Below the pieces are notes generated by a model that was given only the letters and a program-made list of their open reading frames with translations, had not been told where the DNA came from and searched no databases. Shown piece after piece: positions 1 through 13,000 of a stretch of 44,673 nt of DNA. The position numbers were made by a program, and so were the translations under genes. Origin of the DNA: Catajapyx aquilonaris (lineage: Eukaryota); the NCBI GenBank assembly GCA_000934665.2, contig JYFJ02003247.1, forward strand, positions 1-44,673, given 5' to 3'. How positions within the stretch are numbered: position 1 is the first letter of the stretch; every line of letters begins with the position of its first letter.

Positions 1-3000
1 GATGACCCTTTTTTCCCTCATTAATATTGTTACATGGGCATTGGACCTAATATCAGCAGGTGCTATTCCCGATTCTCCAGAAAGTAACTCTTATTGAGCT
101 TTTAGCAACGACCTGATTATAAACAAGCAGCTTGTTGATTTTTCCAATAACTGTTGGTGCCACAGAGTTGGATCACCCTGTATATTGTGTTAATTGTCTT
201 GAATATTTTCTCTAGCTTTCTGATATCTTCCTAAGCACTACCTACTCCTACAGCATTCCTTGAAACACTTGTTCACGGTGGATACTTGCGAGGCCTTACC
301 ACATTTCCACTTTATTTTTCAGTTCCAGGATCAGATCATCACTGGTCCATATCCAATAGAGTTGTCACAGCTTCGACATTAGTCTGGTCGATTGCAGTAC
401 GGGAGAGGGCCTTCTTTAAAAGCTTGTACGAACCTCACAATGGTACGATACGGGAAGCAGAGTCATGCACTTGAAGGTGCTGTCTGGCAGATTTTTCACA
501 TGAAAGAGATATCTTGATGAAGCAGGGCTGTCTTGGGGCGATCTCGTGGAGGGGGTCCACTTTGAGCAGGCATTGCTCCGCACATACTGATGGGACTGCT
601 TCTCTAATGGTACCGTAGGGTTCCCCAGGGGTGACTCTTAAAGTACTATATCGCTCAAAAAGATCGAGACGATTGGCATTTGATTCAAGTGCAAGTTGCA
701 AGAGCAAAATAGTCTCTATCTTTTTGGGCGATATAGTACCTATCCACATTCGGTCCTGGCAGCTTCAGGTACCGAGTGGTAACAGTGTTGCCAATAATTA
801 TTGGACAACCATCGTATACCCAGGTGTCACTGTCACTTGTGATCTAAAAATGGGTGATGTAATACTTCAAGACATACTTGTCATGATGCCACTCCCCATG
901 AGTCATGAACTAATTCTCTTTATCACATTAAAAAATCAGTCTCAATTTGTTTTGACTCGCCCTAGTAAATATATGAATTGTATTGTGGCACATTTTTACG
1001 TGTCCTGTATTCCATAAGTTGAGCTCTTATTTCTTTGCATGTTATTTGGTTTTTTACATTACATTCAAAAATTAGCATGGACATGAATTCATTAATTCAC
1101 TATTGACCCATCTACACTTTGTTCAGTAAGGAAAACACAATGGCCTGAAAGTATCGAGAGGTGGCAATCACAAGACGGTTTGTGCTTATATGTTTTTAAT
1201 GTACATGCAGCTTTTAAAAACAGGTTTTTAAGGGAGATATATTTTTGTACTATATTACTGTATATTTTCAGGTCTTGCAACACAAAATGCACTCAGAAAA
1301 AAAACTGTTTCCATTTTTCAAAACTTATTTTTAATGATCTTGATTAACATTAAAAAATAACAAAAAGCTCTGCCAGCAGCATTAATCATTATGACACTTT
1401 TTAAGTCATCTATGTACAAGCTGGCGTAAGTAAAAAAGATATGTACTCTTTTCCTGCATCCTGATTACTCTATCTTTTCTTGACAGGAGGAGCAGTCTAA
1501 AGTTTCTATCTGCCATTGTGCAGATCCAAAGTATTTCAATTACTATAAAACTGTCCAATGCCCCTGAAGCACTCTGGTTCACGAAAGCTTGGAAATCTCG
1601 CCTGCAGTTTTTCGCAACAATCTCTACTCTACATACTTGAACCAAAAATGCTTCCGGAGCATTCCCATAGCTACCAACATGTCCAACCATAATCAAGATC
1701 CAGGAACACAATGAGTCACATGTCTAGAAATTAATTTTTTCTTTCTTTCTTCACCAAAAAACACCCTTACTGTTACACATGTAATCCTTTGCAATCCACG
1801 TTGTACATTATGAACTGCAGAAGGTTAAACAGATGTTAACAAAACTCAGGCCAAGCAATATCATTATGATTACCAAAACCTTTCAGGAACTTTTATCACA
1901 CTTTTATGTACCTCTCACACAACATGTAACTTTTAAAAGGTCCAAAGTTGAGGGCAATAAAAAGGAAGGCGAGGAATTCATGGCAAGGTCAAGGAGGAAA
2001 TTACAACCTGTGCAAAAATAATCTCAACATAATGTCAGGAAAGACATTGGAAAATAAAAAGTAAACTATTAATCCACCATGACAACTAATGCATGGTAAA
2101 GCACGGACTATTATGCAAGGATGGAATGTACTACCGTTAGAAAATGATGGATCTTACAGCTGTCACAAGGAAAGTAGAGAGAGGAAGAAGGGTCACATTT
2201 TCTTTTTCTTTTTTTAGCTCAAATAAAGCTGCCATAAAACAAGTAAGAGCTACATACACTTGTTACATGCTTACAATACCAAAAAAGACATCATACCATA
2301 TTTAGAACAATAGAGACAAACACGCTGCAATGAGGATAGTTTTTTTTTTTTTAACTTTAAATCTCACATGGGCAGACCACCCAAAGAGGTTGAGCATGTT
2401 TGCGGACTTTGAGCATACTCTGTACGTGATTTGTTTAGAACCACTTTCTACTCGTTTCCATTAAATGCACTTTCCATCCAATTTTGCAGTAAATAACTGT
2501 AAACAATAGAAATTATAATAATAGTAAATGAATGGGGGAGGGGGTACAAAATCGCTCCTAAAATAGGCTACATCATTTGTACTATTATGAAATGAACCAC
2601 AAAACACAAAACCCATGATCCAGCGGTACTCGGCTAGCAGTTAAACCAATTGCTGGGTTTGTGGCTGGACTAACATAGTTTGTTTTTTCCCTTTCATATT
2701 TTTCATTCTGAGCTGCAAAAAAGATTGCCCAGTGAGGTAAATATTCAGTAGGTCGTTGAGTATGGCAGTTTTCAATTGTTTTGTTTTTTTTCCACCGGTG
2801 TTCAAAGATTAATTTTTCCATATGAAATTTTACAAAGGCACTTTGACTAGGTCAAATTATGTCTCATGAGTTTTTGTAATTTCTCTCCCGCTATTGGGAA
2901 CAAATTACTTAAATTCCTTCCCATATGTGGCTGGAAAATACAAAAATAATGAATTTACTAACAGGTGAACACAACAGTGGAGGAAATTAACGTTTCTGCA

Positions 3001-3951
3001 CACAAGTGTGCTCTGACCAGAAAAATAAAAGCAATGTACTGTTATTTTCTGTTAACAATAAATTGTGGTGCACTTGTAGTTGGAAGAGTTCCTGAAATTC
3101 TTCCCTGGGGACATAGAGAATTTTCTGTTTCAGCCAGTGTGGAAATGAAGTTGACTGCAACGCTACCAGAGAACTTACGAACTGTCAGTAAATCAGAAAT
3201 CCTGAGTCGAACTACTTGAGGAATTTGACTTGAATTCACCCAGTAATGACGGGAGAAAAAATATACCCTAAATTTCTTTTACTCATAGTACTTTACCCAT
3301 TAAAACAAACAAAAACTTATGTGGATTTTAAAATGCACTATACAGTACTGCAAAGTTTGTGCTCACCTTCTCATTCATATACTATGGCAATGGATACACC
3401 TGCACAAGTTTTGAATACCAAAGACAACAACAGGAAACACATGCTGGCATTTTAACCAACTCACACTTATGGTACCCATAACAAAACAAAAGTAAAAATA
3501 AATAGAAAATAGAAAATAATGTACACACCATCTGCCCTTCCCAGCAACAAATAAAACCTAGTCCTTAACCTGAATTACCTCCAGTTTTCACTCTTTAGCT
3601 TTCTTGAATGCAAGTGGCATCTCACGAGGCACTTTCATTTAGTTCCTTGCATGCTGCCAGCACATTCTTCTGTATGAAAACCTCTTCACAACAATTGTTA
3701 TGCCTCCAGAAAAGCCATCCTGCAAGAACGGAAAGACAGTAAAAAGCAACTAGATACATCAGGCTCACGATGATGGTAACGACAAAAATAAGCACTATAA
3801 AAATGCAATCTTTTCTGTTGTTGTGGTCGCTCAATCCATTTATGTTTCCTTAATGAAATGAGATTCGGGGCCACCAAAAATCTGAATAAAGCAGATGGCT
3901 CTTAACAAAACGTGAAACAACATGACAAGAGGCCTTATAATTCCAGGAGGC

Positions 3952-4077
3952 TTACACTTTGAACTCCTCTGAAGCACCGAAGTTGGCAATGGTCTTCTTA
4001 ATCCTTAAGGCTGTTAATCTAGCAGCTGCATTCTGGTACCAACATTCTTTCATCACCTTTGACATCATCCTCAGAAC
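3952..4077 (-). CDS. babo: babo terminal coding exon
   Basis: [41 protein letters not shown] (TAA at 3954-3952). Confidence 0.95.
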   Translation of the reverse strand, partial: VLRMMSKVMKECWYQNAAARLTALRIKKTIANFGASEEFKV

Positions 4078-7000
4078 CTGTGGTAATTTAAAAAATCAAT
4101 ACCTTGCTGTATGTTTTCTTCTTCTTTGTGCACAACATTCAAACTTCATCCTACCCTACTTAATGTGCATTGAAATTCCTATTGGTCAGAGAACTTATTT
4201 ACTCTATCTTACACAAGGCTTTAGGATAGTCCAAAACGACATGAAACTATAAGTGCCGACTTGGGAACCTACACCCATGCATACGTACCGGGGCATTTTG
4301 ACAAAAAACAAACCATGTTCGTCTGATCAAGATATGGAACTTGAATCAAATTACAGTCCTGACAATAGGAATTGCAACACTGAATTGTTAATCTGACCTT
4401 CACCAGTCTATTTTCTACATTTTTACATTTCTTGTGGCAGAATAAGGGCCATGATATGCCCTCACTCTTTTGTTGATGCATACCTCTGAAGCTTGCCACC
4501 GATTAGGTATAGATGGCCTCTGCTGATCCATACACACAACCTTTCTCATCTCCTCTATTGTAGGATCATTGGGAACCAGGTCATAAAAGGGAAGCTGATA
4601 ATCCTCATAGATGCCTGGAAATAGAGGTTGTAATTAATGTAATACACTGAGAAGAGACAGGATGCCTAAACCACTTTACCTCCCATATTGCACCTCCTGG
4701 CAATCTCCCAAAAGACGAGGCCAAGCGCATACACATCTGCTCTCTTGAATGAATCAAAATGAGTCATGTTCATGGTGTCATCCAGCACCTACAGGAGTAA
4801 CAAATACCATAGAAATACCTTGGTGTGTGGAAAATGCAGAAAAGTACTACACCAGTAAAGGGTACTTACCTCTGGAGCCATGTATCTCTTTGTTCCTACT
4901 CGGTTGTTGAGAGGAATGTCAACCGTGTCACTGGCTGCATCATATCTAACAGCGAGTCCCAGATCCCCAATAGCACATGTGCCATTGCTCCTGACTAATA
5001 TGTTCTTGGACTTGAGGTCCCTGTGAGCAATGGCTGGTTTGCCCTGAGTACCCACTATCTCCATATGCAGATGAGATAAGCCAGTTGCAATGGACAGGGC
5101 CATGCGAACCAAGCCTCCTGAGTCCACAGTGCAACGGTTCAGATAGTCAAAGAGGGACCCATTCTCATGGTAATCAGTGATAAGCCACAGTTGTGTCCAT
5201 GTTCCATTGTCTGAAAATAGCCACACCTCGTGAAAAGGACCTTCAACTTTTTGAACATACACACAATACCATCAGCCATATTATGCCACAGAGCTTATTA
5301 CTGCGTAAAATCATAACCACACACCTTTGTTGTCAGCTGCAATGAATCCAAGAATGTTATCATGCCTCAGCATGACGGTCTGGTAGATCTCAGCCTCCCT
5401 GAACCAGGACCTCTCTTCCCTGGAGGAGAATATCTTGACGGCAACATTCTCTCCCCTCCATCTTCCTCTCCACACCTCTCCAAATCTCCCCTTCCCAATG
5501 ATCTCAACCAGCTGAATCTGCCGTGCAATGCTACGCTGAACCAGTAGGGGAAGCCCAACTGACATTCCCAAAATGAAAAATTGCGATTATCTCAGGAAAA
5601 TTACTGTGAGTGACAGCTCTTTTCCAGCTTGAGCTATTACTCACCTGAACCTGATCCACTGGTGGTCATCTCAATCAAGTCTTTAATGGACTGCCCGCCA
5701 AGTATGGGATGATCTGGTGCTTCTATAGAATCCTCTGATCGTGAGTGATGCCGGTAGGCAGACGAGGATGGATGCTTCTGATGCCATCTAGTTAGGAGGA
5801 ACACGATGGCCATGCCCAGGACACAAATTGGTACTGCTATAATGAGTGCCAGCTCCCATGTCCCGAAGGATATTCCTTCGCCTAGACTGCCTTGGGCTTC
5901 TGTGTATAAGGAAGGACCACAAGCACACTATCACTTTCAATTCATATCATTTGAAATGTGCAGCCAAGGTATTTACTTTCTTTTAATTATTAAATAGCTA
6001 CACACAGGAGTAAGCCAGTGCCAGCATGTCAGCATAGAATGCCTCCATGTAATATATAAATTATCTGAAAATCCAGGTGTGACAAATGCAATCCAACGCA
6101 ACGTTAACATCCCTTAATCCCCCCAACAAACTCCAGTATATCTGGATAGCTGCATGAGTTCTAGGACCCTAATTCTTCACATTACTGGATGGTGCTATCT
6201 AATATTTATATTATGTCTCACAGAGTCAAAATAGTGTCTGTCTAGTTAGCATAATTTACTCTCCAAGTAGAAAAACTGGCAACTTTTCATGTTCAACTTG
6301 GTGCACTCTGATCTCTATGCATCCATTTAAGCACTGTTGTCTATTTTTTTTTGTCAACAAGTCATGACAGCTAGAGAAGTTGAAAATGTTTCAACATCCA
6401 GAGGCCTGATAACAAGTTCACTTATCAAAAAACTCCCAAGGCTGCACTGTTATCTAAATGTTGTAGTACTAATCATTCACAATGACGCCCACATACGTTA
6501 GCACATATTTCAAGACTATAACTTGGAAATGAATATAACTAAAACTGTACTTTGTACCACACACAAACACACATTACACACAAGTGCTACATATTTGTCA
6601 TTTACTTATGGTTGCTCAAATGTTTATGAATTTGGTACTCAATGTATACCTCTGTGTTTACAAAAAATCCACTTCCTAGGAATGAATATAAAGACATGAA
6701 AAAATATCCAAATATTTCATTTGCACAACCAGTGACATATTTAGTAATAAACCCATGCCATCAGCTTAGTTGGGCTAGAAATATACAGTTGCTGTTTTGT
6801 TAACCAAGCAAAAGGAGAGAAAAAAGGTCATAATTGTGCATCTTAACAATTCATCACAGCACTGCAACCACAAACCGGCATGCAGAAAAGGTGGAGAAAA
6901 GTTGGAAGAAGAGAAAGGTGTGTTTGGGAAATGGTGGAACAGGATGAACTGTAAATGTACTTCCAGCCAATATAAATAAATCCACCAACCTGACACCCTG

Positions 7001-10000
7001 AATAATAGTTGGCATGGACTTCGCCAACACACGGTTGTTAATTAACACACACTGGGGGAAATCATACCTGGTGTTACGTCCAATACTGCCTATCCATGAA
7101 CATAAAAGTCTAATCAGGATTTGGTTTCATCTCTGACAAATAACCACAAGAATGACACACACACAACTTAGTGTTTCATGGTAAATTGATCCCATGCATT
7201 TGCTCTACACCACATAACACACCCCAGCATTTCCAATTACTTACTGTAGCAACCCCAATTTGTGACATCTAGCAATCCAGTGTCAGAAAAACAGCATTGT
7301 AACTTAGCAATCACCTTGCCAAACTTTTCCTTGGACATCATTCCCAGCCATACATATGCTTCCAATTTTATTCCATTTCCACAAAGAGCATCATTTTTGC
7401 ACTGGGTCAGATTACACTGGGGCAAAACCTTAACTTACAAAACTTGTATGAAATATTAACTGTCTCCATTATCATTCTGCTTCAAAAAGGGCATCAAATG
7501 CAAACAACCAAACTGTACACCTTGGCATTTTGGAAACATATCTTGAAGCTGGGACAATTAGTTTGAATTTAAAAAATATCTCATTTGCAGAGATGGGTGT
7601 TGTTCAGCCACACCATACCCACCCCACTCCTGGTCCCTTGCAAATTAAAAAAATATCCAGTTCTGAAGCACCTGACCAAATGCGACTTTCAAGGCATGAT
7701 TGTTATTGTTGAGATTTTCCAGTCAGTGAAATTGTTGACCCTACAACAATGCATACACAAGCTGCATATGACTTTCAAAAAATGCTAGGCTGCTACGCCC
7801 GTACAAGCTTTGCTCACAAATAACATGGGTACATTTTAAAATAAGTTCACACTAATTACAGGTAAAACTCCATGAATCTGATTACTCCAAAAAATTAATA
7901 CATCTAGGCATTGTTGTAACTGCTTCAAGCCCCATCTGATGCCCGTAACTGACTGCCCAAACTAACCCTGACATTTCGGGTAAGCCCTTGTGCATTTACT
8001 CAACAAGGCATGCATCATTAATGCCCCACAAAAATATGAAACACCCAACATGTACTGTATCCCACTGTTTCAACAATCGAGTAGTAAAAATGACTGAATA
8101 ATAATAATTTTGTATTTAGCCCTAGATATGTACGGGATTACAAAAATGCACATGGTGGCTTTTTCGCCTTTGCCCAACGGGTTCAAGCACAGTAGTAGTA
8201 ACAATACATAAAGACCTGCTCACCTGCCAGTTGAGTAATAGGCTGCTCTGGAGAGCTACAGGTGGGTTTCAAATCGAGGTTACAAAAATCGCGGTCATTG
8301 CAGCAGAGGATGCTGTCACATTCCTTTGCATCTGCACTGTATGATACGGTTTTACACCACAGAGGGTTATCAGGTGGAAAGAGCGCTTTCTTATGGAAAC
8401 ACCTACAAGAAACCAAAGGCAAGTACAAAAAAAAATAAGTCTTGTTAGCTCCTAAAAATGGAGGCATTTGTTAGCAGCACAACTGAAAAATAAAGTGGAA
8501 ATGTGTAAGGCCTCGCAAGTATCCACCGTGAACAAGTGTTTCAAGGAATGCTGTAGGAGTAGGTAGTGCTTAGGAAGATATCAGAAAGCTAGAGAAAATA
8601 TTCAAGATAATTAACACAATGTATGGTCTAGAAATGAAATAATAAACAATCGAAAATTGCAATCTCAGTCTCTGCTAATCCAAGTCTCACAGTGACTTCT
8701 CATTGTCAAGATAAAAACTTGATCCTCACAAGTCCTTTTAAAATGTGATTAGTGATCATTCCCCGATACAGCTCAATGTATCACACTCAATTACTGACTC
8801 TATCAATTCACTAACACAGTGAGCACAGTCTGTACTCACAAGCAGTCTGCATGGTGCCATTTTTGGCCTTGCAGAACCCAATACAGCAAAACCCTCAAAA
8901 TGCTAATGCTGAAAGCGTAGTCCTTACTGCACAGAAGTAATCAGCATGTGAGGTTCAATGTGAAACTTGTCTGGGACAACCCCCTAGTTCATGCGCCAAG
9001 AATAAACACCATTACCTTCCACAGATATAGAAAAAAGGAGATAAAAAAATGAAAAGAAAAGCATAAGCAATACAAGCAAAAGCAAAAGCAGATGAGATTA
9101 ATATTGTTGCCAAAAAATTCCTGGTGGACTTCCTCGATGAAGGACTGATGAAGGAGTGGAGGACAACCTACCTTTGAGAGGGCGAATATGGAGAACTGGT
9201 TTCAGATTTCGGTTACACATGTCGTGGTTCTTGCAACACTCTATGACAAACGTCTCATTAAGTGCATTGGCATAATGACACAAGATGGGGTTCTCAGGGG
9301 GGTAGAGCAACATCTTGTCCAGGCACCTGCCACGCAAAGACACACAAGACACGAGGCTCCATTAGAAAAACACTGCTGCATGCAAGTATCACATATGTCT
9401 ATAGAGATGACAACCCCCCTCGTTATGGGCTGCTAGGGTGGGAGTTAGCCAGCCTTACACATCCCTTCCGAAACACTGTCGGAATGAGTTGGATGTACCG
9501 TCAGGGGCAATGTTGGGAATGATGTTTAGCACAACTTGGTAGTTGCACTACAAATATGTGATGGGTGTAGGATATACAGATCTTAGCAATTTACATCTAA
9601 CTACAAAACTCTTGCATATGAGTACAATTTCATCCTGAGTTAGTCAAACACCATCATTCGGAAGCAAAAACACACTCCAACGTAGTTAGTGGGGGGTATT
9701 GGGGAAACCACAAATGGACTCTGCTTGCTCATGTCTGGTGCCCAGCCTAGCCAAAAAATTGGCTACAGAACATAATTGAAACACAATCCACTATGTAAAG
9801 TGGAGCATCAATCTGTAGAACAACATGCATCTAACAGTTGCTGGCACCAACATGAGATCAAGTCCATTCCTGGCCTTACCTGTCAGGGGTGTAGTCGAGG
9901 GTGTGGCCAATGTGGGGCGCAGATGGATGTTGCAGAAATCAAAATTCCTGCAGCACTCAATGGCAAAGTATTGCTCCCAAAGGGGGGAGCTAGCAGTACA

Positions 10001-13000
10001 CCCCTTGGACTCCACAGGGGGGAACACTTTTTTCTTGTCCAGACACCTTTGGAGTACATGAAAAAGCTCTTTTTTTCTATCCCCATAACTCACTTCTTCC
10101 CTACTTCAAGTTCATTGACAGGGGGGAGGGGAAACACTGCTGAACTGACAAGGTTTCTAGAAAAAGAGCGGGTCAGAAATTCCACTGCAGCTGTATAATG
10201 AACATCCTGCCAACTAAATGTAACCTCCATTCCCAGCTATTTTTAACTACAAAATAGCACCACATGGAATTGTGGAGCTAAACTCAAGGAGGTAACACAC
10301 AAAATGCATGTGGCAGTGTTCCATGTTAATGTCTTGCAGTCACCTTGACCTGTTGCAAAATTCTTCTCTCATATAAGATTATCTTTATAGCATTTCAGTT
10401 TGTGGTATAGTCTCAGACAGCAAAATTCCTTCATATTTTTCTCACATAGACCTGAAAAATTCTTCAACTCGGAATATCCCAACATGCCCAGCCATCCTTC
10501 TTGAGCAGCCAGAAGGGAATTTAACTGGCTAAATCCCACTCCCAGCCCCTTACAATAAACTGACTTTTTGTCAAATGTTATCATTTCTTGGAATACCCAC
10601 AAATATGTATTTTCCTGCACACAAACGTTCACCCACAGGCCCCCACAATTCTGGCATTGGTTGATATAACATCAGCAGTGCAGGCACACAACAGTGACTC
10701 TCTACATTCCCCAGATACTGCCACCTACACTACTAACAATAATTATGTACAGTACTACTTGTACTAACAATAGTTAATATAATCTGTTAACTACAAAAGC
10801 ATCCTAATATACAAAACACCTTCACAAATCCCTCAAGTACTTTCCGGTGAGACAGAAATTCCAGTTTGTTATGAACACCACATATTGCACCTTGATAACT
10901 TAGGCTACATGCAGAGTTTTTCCATACACTTGCACTCCTGCTAAGACTACTGGACTACATGCAACTCACATGGGTTAGGTTGCTGGTGTACAGACATTAA
11001 GAGACACAATTGTCTACTATACAGCAACAATAATAAGGTAAAGGGGGTAACCACTTTGGTACTCCGGTGTACACTTGCAGTGGCACTCCAAGGTACTCCT
11101 TAGGTACCTTACTCTTTGGTACTCCTTGGTACTCCTTGAATTTGGTACTCCAGTGTACACTTTTCAGTTGAGTGGTTAACCCCTTGAACAAGGGTGAAGT
11201 ATTCTACAATGACTACCCCACATACAGCAGCATGCTGGTAAAAGCAACTTGACGGATTTTTTTTTTTTTTTTAAGTACAGATATGGTGGCTCTAATGGCA
11301 TGCCAGTATAAGTTGGACAGGCACCAATTTGCCAGTGTATGTCTGACATGAGATATGCCAGTGTTATTACAAGGTAGTAAATTGAATATGCTGTCAATTC
11401 AAGAAATTACTTTAGTCCTATTGCCACAAATAATTAAAAAATCAAGACTATCTTGTTAAGGCCCATACACACAGGCGGTCGACGGTTTCGGTCTTTGGTC
11501 GCGTTGACTCAGCGGACCAATCAACAAGCGCAACACAAGTGTTGAGTTTGTTTACATGAGTCATGATTGGTCCGCGGCGTCAACGCGACCAAAGACCAAA
11601 ACCGTCGACCGCCTGTGTGTATGGGCCTTTACTGTAAGAGTCATGTGTCCAATTGATTTGTGAATCTCAGGTTAAAAATAAAACGGATAATTTCCTAATC
11701 CTTAGAAAACATCCCATTAAGGCCTGTTTCCAAAGAAGCTTCAGCTTGAAAACATGCGCCCTGGCGCTCACTCTAGCTCCAGCTGCAACGCGTTTCTAGC
11801 GCTGGGTCGATATTTCAGCTCTCCTATTCAGCTTGCTTTGAACATCGAGCATGAGACGATATCCAAGCTGGAGCTGGAGCCTAGATAGCCTTACTGACCA
11901 ATCCGACGCGGCTCCTGGGGTCACGTGGGACCATCTCGGTGGGGAGGTGGCTAGGGGTGGGGCGATGACGCGAGGTGGGGAGGCCAGGACATAGTGAGGA
12001 AGGAGAGAGGAGAAAAAAAAATGACCTGTCGAAGGTCACGGAAGGAGCTGCTCGGGCTGAGGGCCCTGCCGATGCAGGGAGAGACAGACTGATTAGCAAC
12101 CTCAAAAGAGTGACCTTTAGCCTGAAGAGCAATCTCCTCCTCTCCGATGTGATCGCCGTCTTGGTTTTCACAAGGTGGCATGAGCTGGAAAGCCAAAGCT
12201 TCTTTGGAAACCGGTCTGAGGGCGCTAGCTGTGAAGCACCGGCTAAGGTGAGCTCCAGAGCTCACTTCTTCAAGCTGAAGCTTCTTTGGAAACGGGCCTT
12301 TACACTGATATGCTAACAAGCCCCGAGGTATTCCAGCTCAGTGATCCACTAAATTATACACTGGCACACAATTATGTGAGTAGTAATGCATATAAACACC
12401 AGGAATTGGCTCTCTGGTGAGGCAGGAAGCAGCTAACAATTATTCAGACCGTTACTTCTCACTAAAGCAGGTAAATTTATTTGTAGTGGAGACTGATAAA
12501 TGTGTAAACTACCTGTGCTCCTAGGCATTACAAGACTCAGAGCAATGCACAAAAGGGTTTTAAACATCATTATTTCAGTACTACTCTTCCAAAAAATTAA
12601 ATAAATAAATCCTGTGTTCTGCAGGAAATACCATCAACCACGAAGACAATCTGTAAGCTGATGTTATACAACCAAATTTTCAAATATGAAGAAGTAAATC
12701 CTCCACCACTATGTTACCTGTACGAATGATGTATCACCCCTGTGTCCTTCTGCATGGAGGTAGATGTAAAGCAATACCCATCAGTTTCACAGGTGTGATT
12801 TGAGTCTTCACACATGTCACAGTGGCACTTCAGGCCTGGTGGGTAGAGAGAGAAAAAGTGTTATGTGAACCATGTACACAAACTCTAGAACATTATTCAT
12901 ATTTAAAAATATGTGCAAGACCATCACATGGAGGCCAGGAAGGTACAGTCCTGAGCATAAAATTGGAGATGCTGCAGGCCTTCTCTGACCTCCCATTATC

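Noticed and set aside
6775..7032. ORF containing CCDELLRCT, considered as a babo variant exon or pseudo-exon
   Set aside because: Lacks the first two Cys and the CN, is too long and hydrophobic, and has no phase-1 donor
7237..7425. Cys-containing ORF with CC and a GTAAGT donor, considered as a fourth babo variant exon
   Set aside because: No CCx5CN box, and its CAG acceptor is in the wrong phase; a phase-2 reading hits a stop
11054..11152. CRISPR-like short repeats (GGTACTCC)
   Set aside because: Eukaryotic intron, 8-bp irregular repeats, no unique spacers and no cas genes
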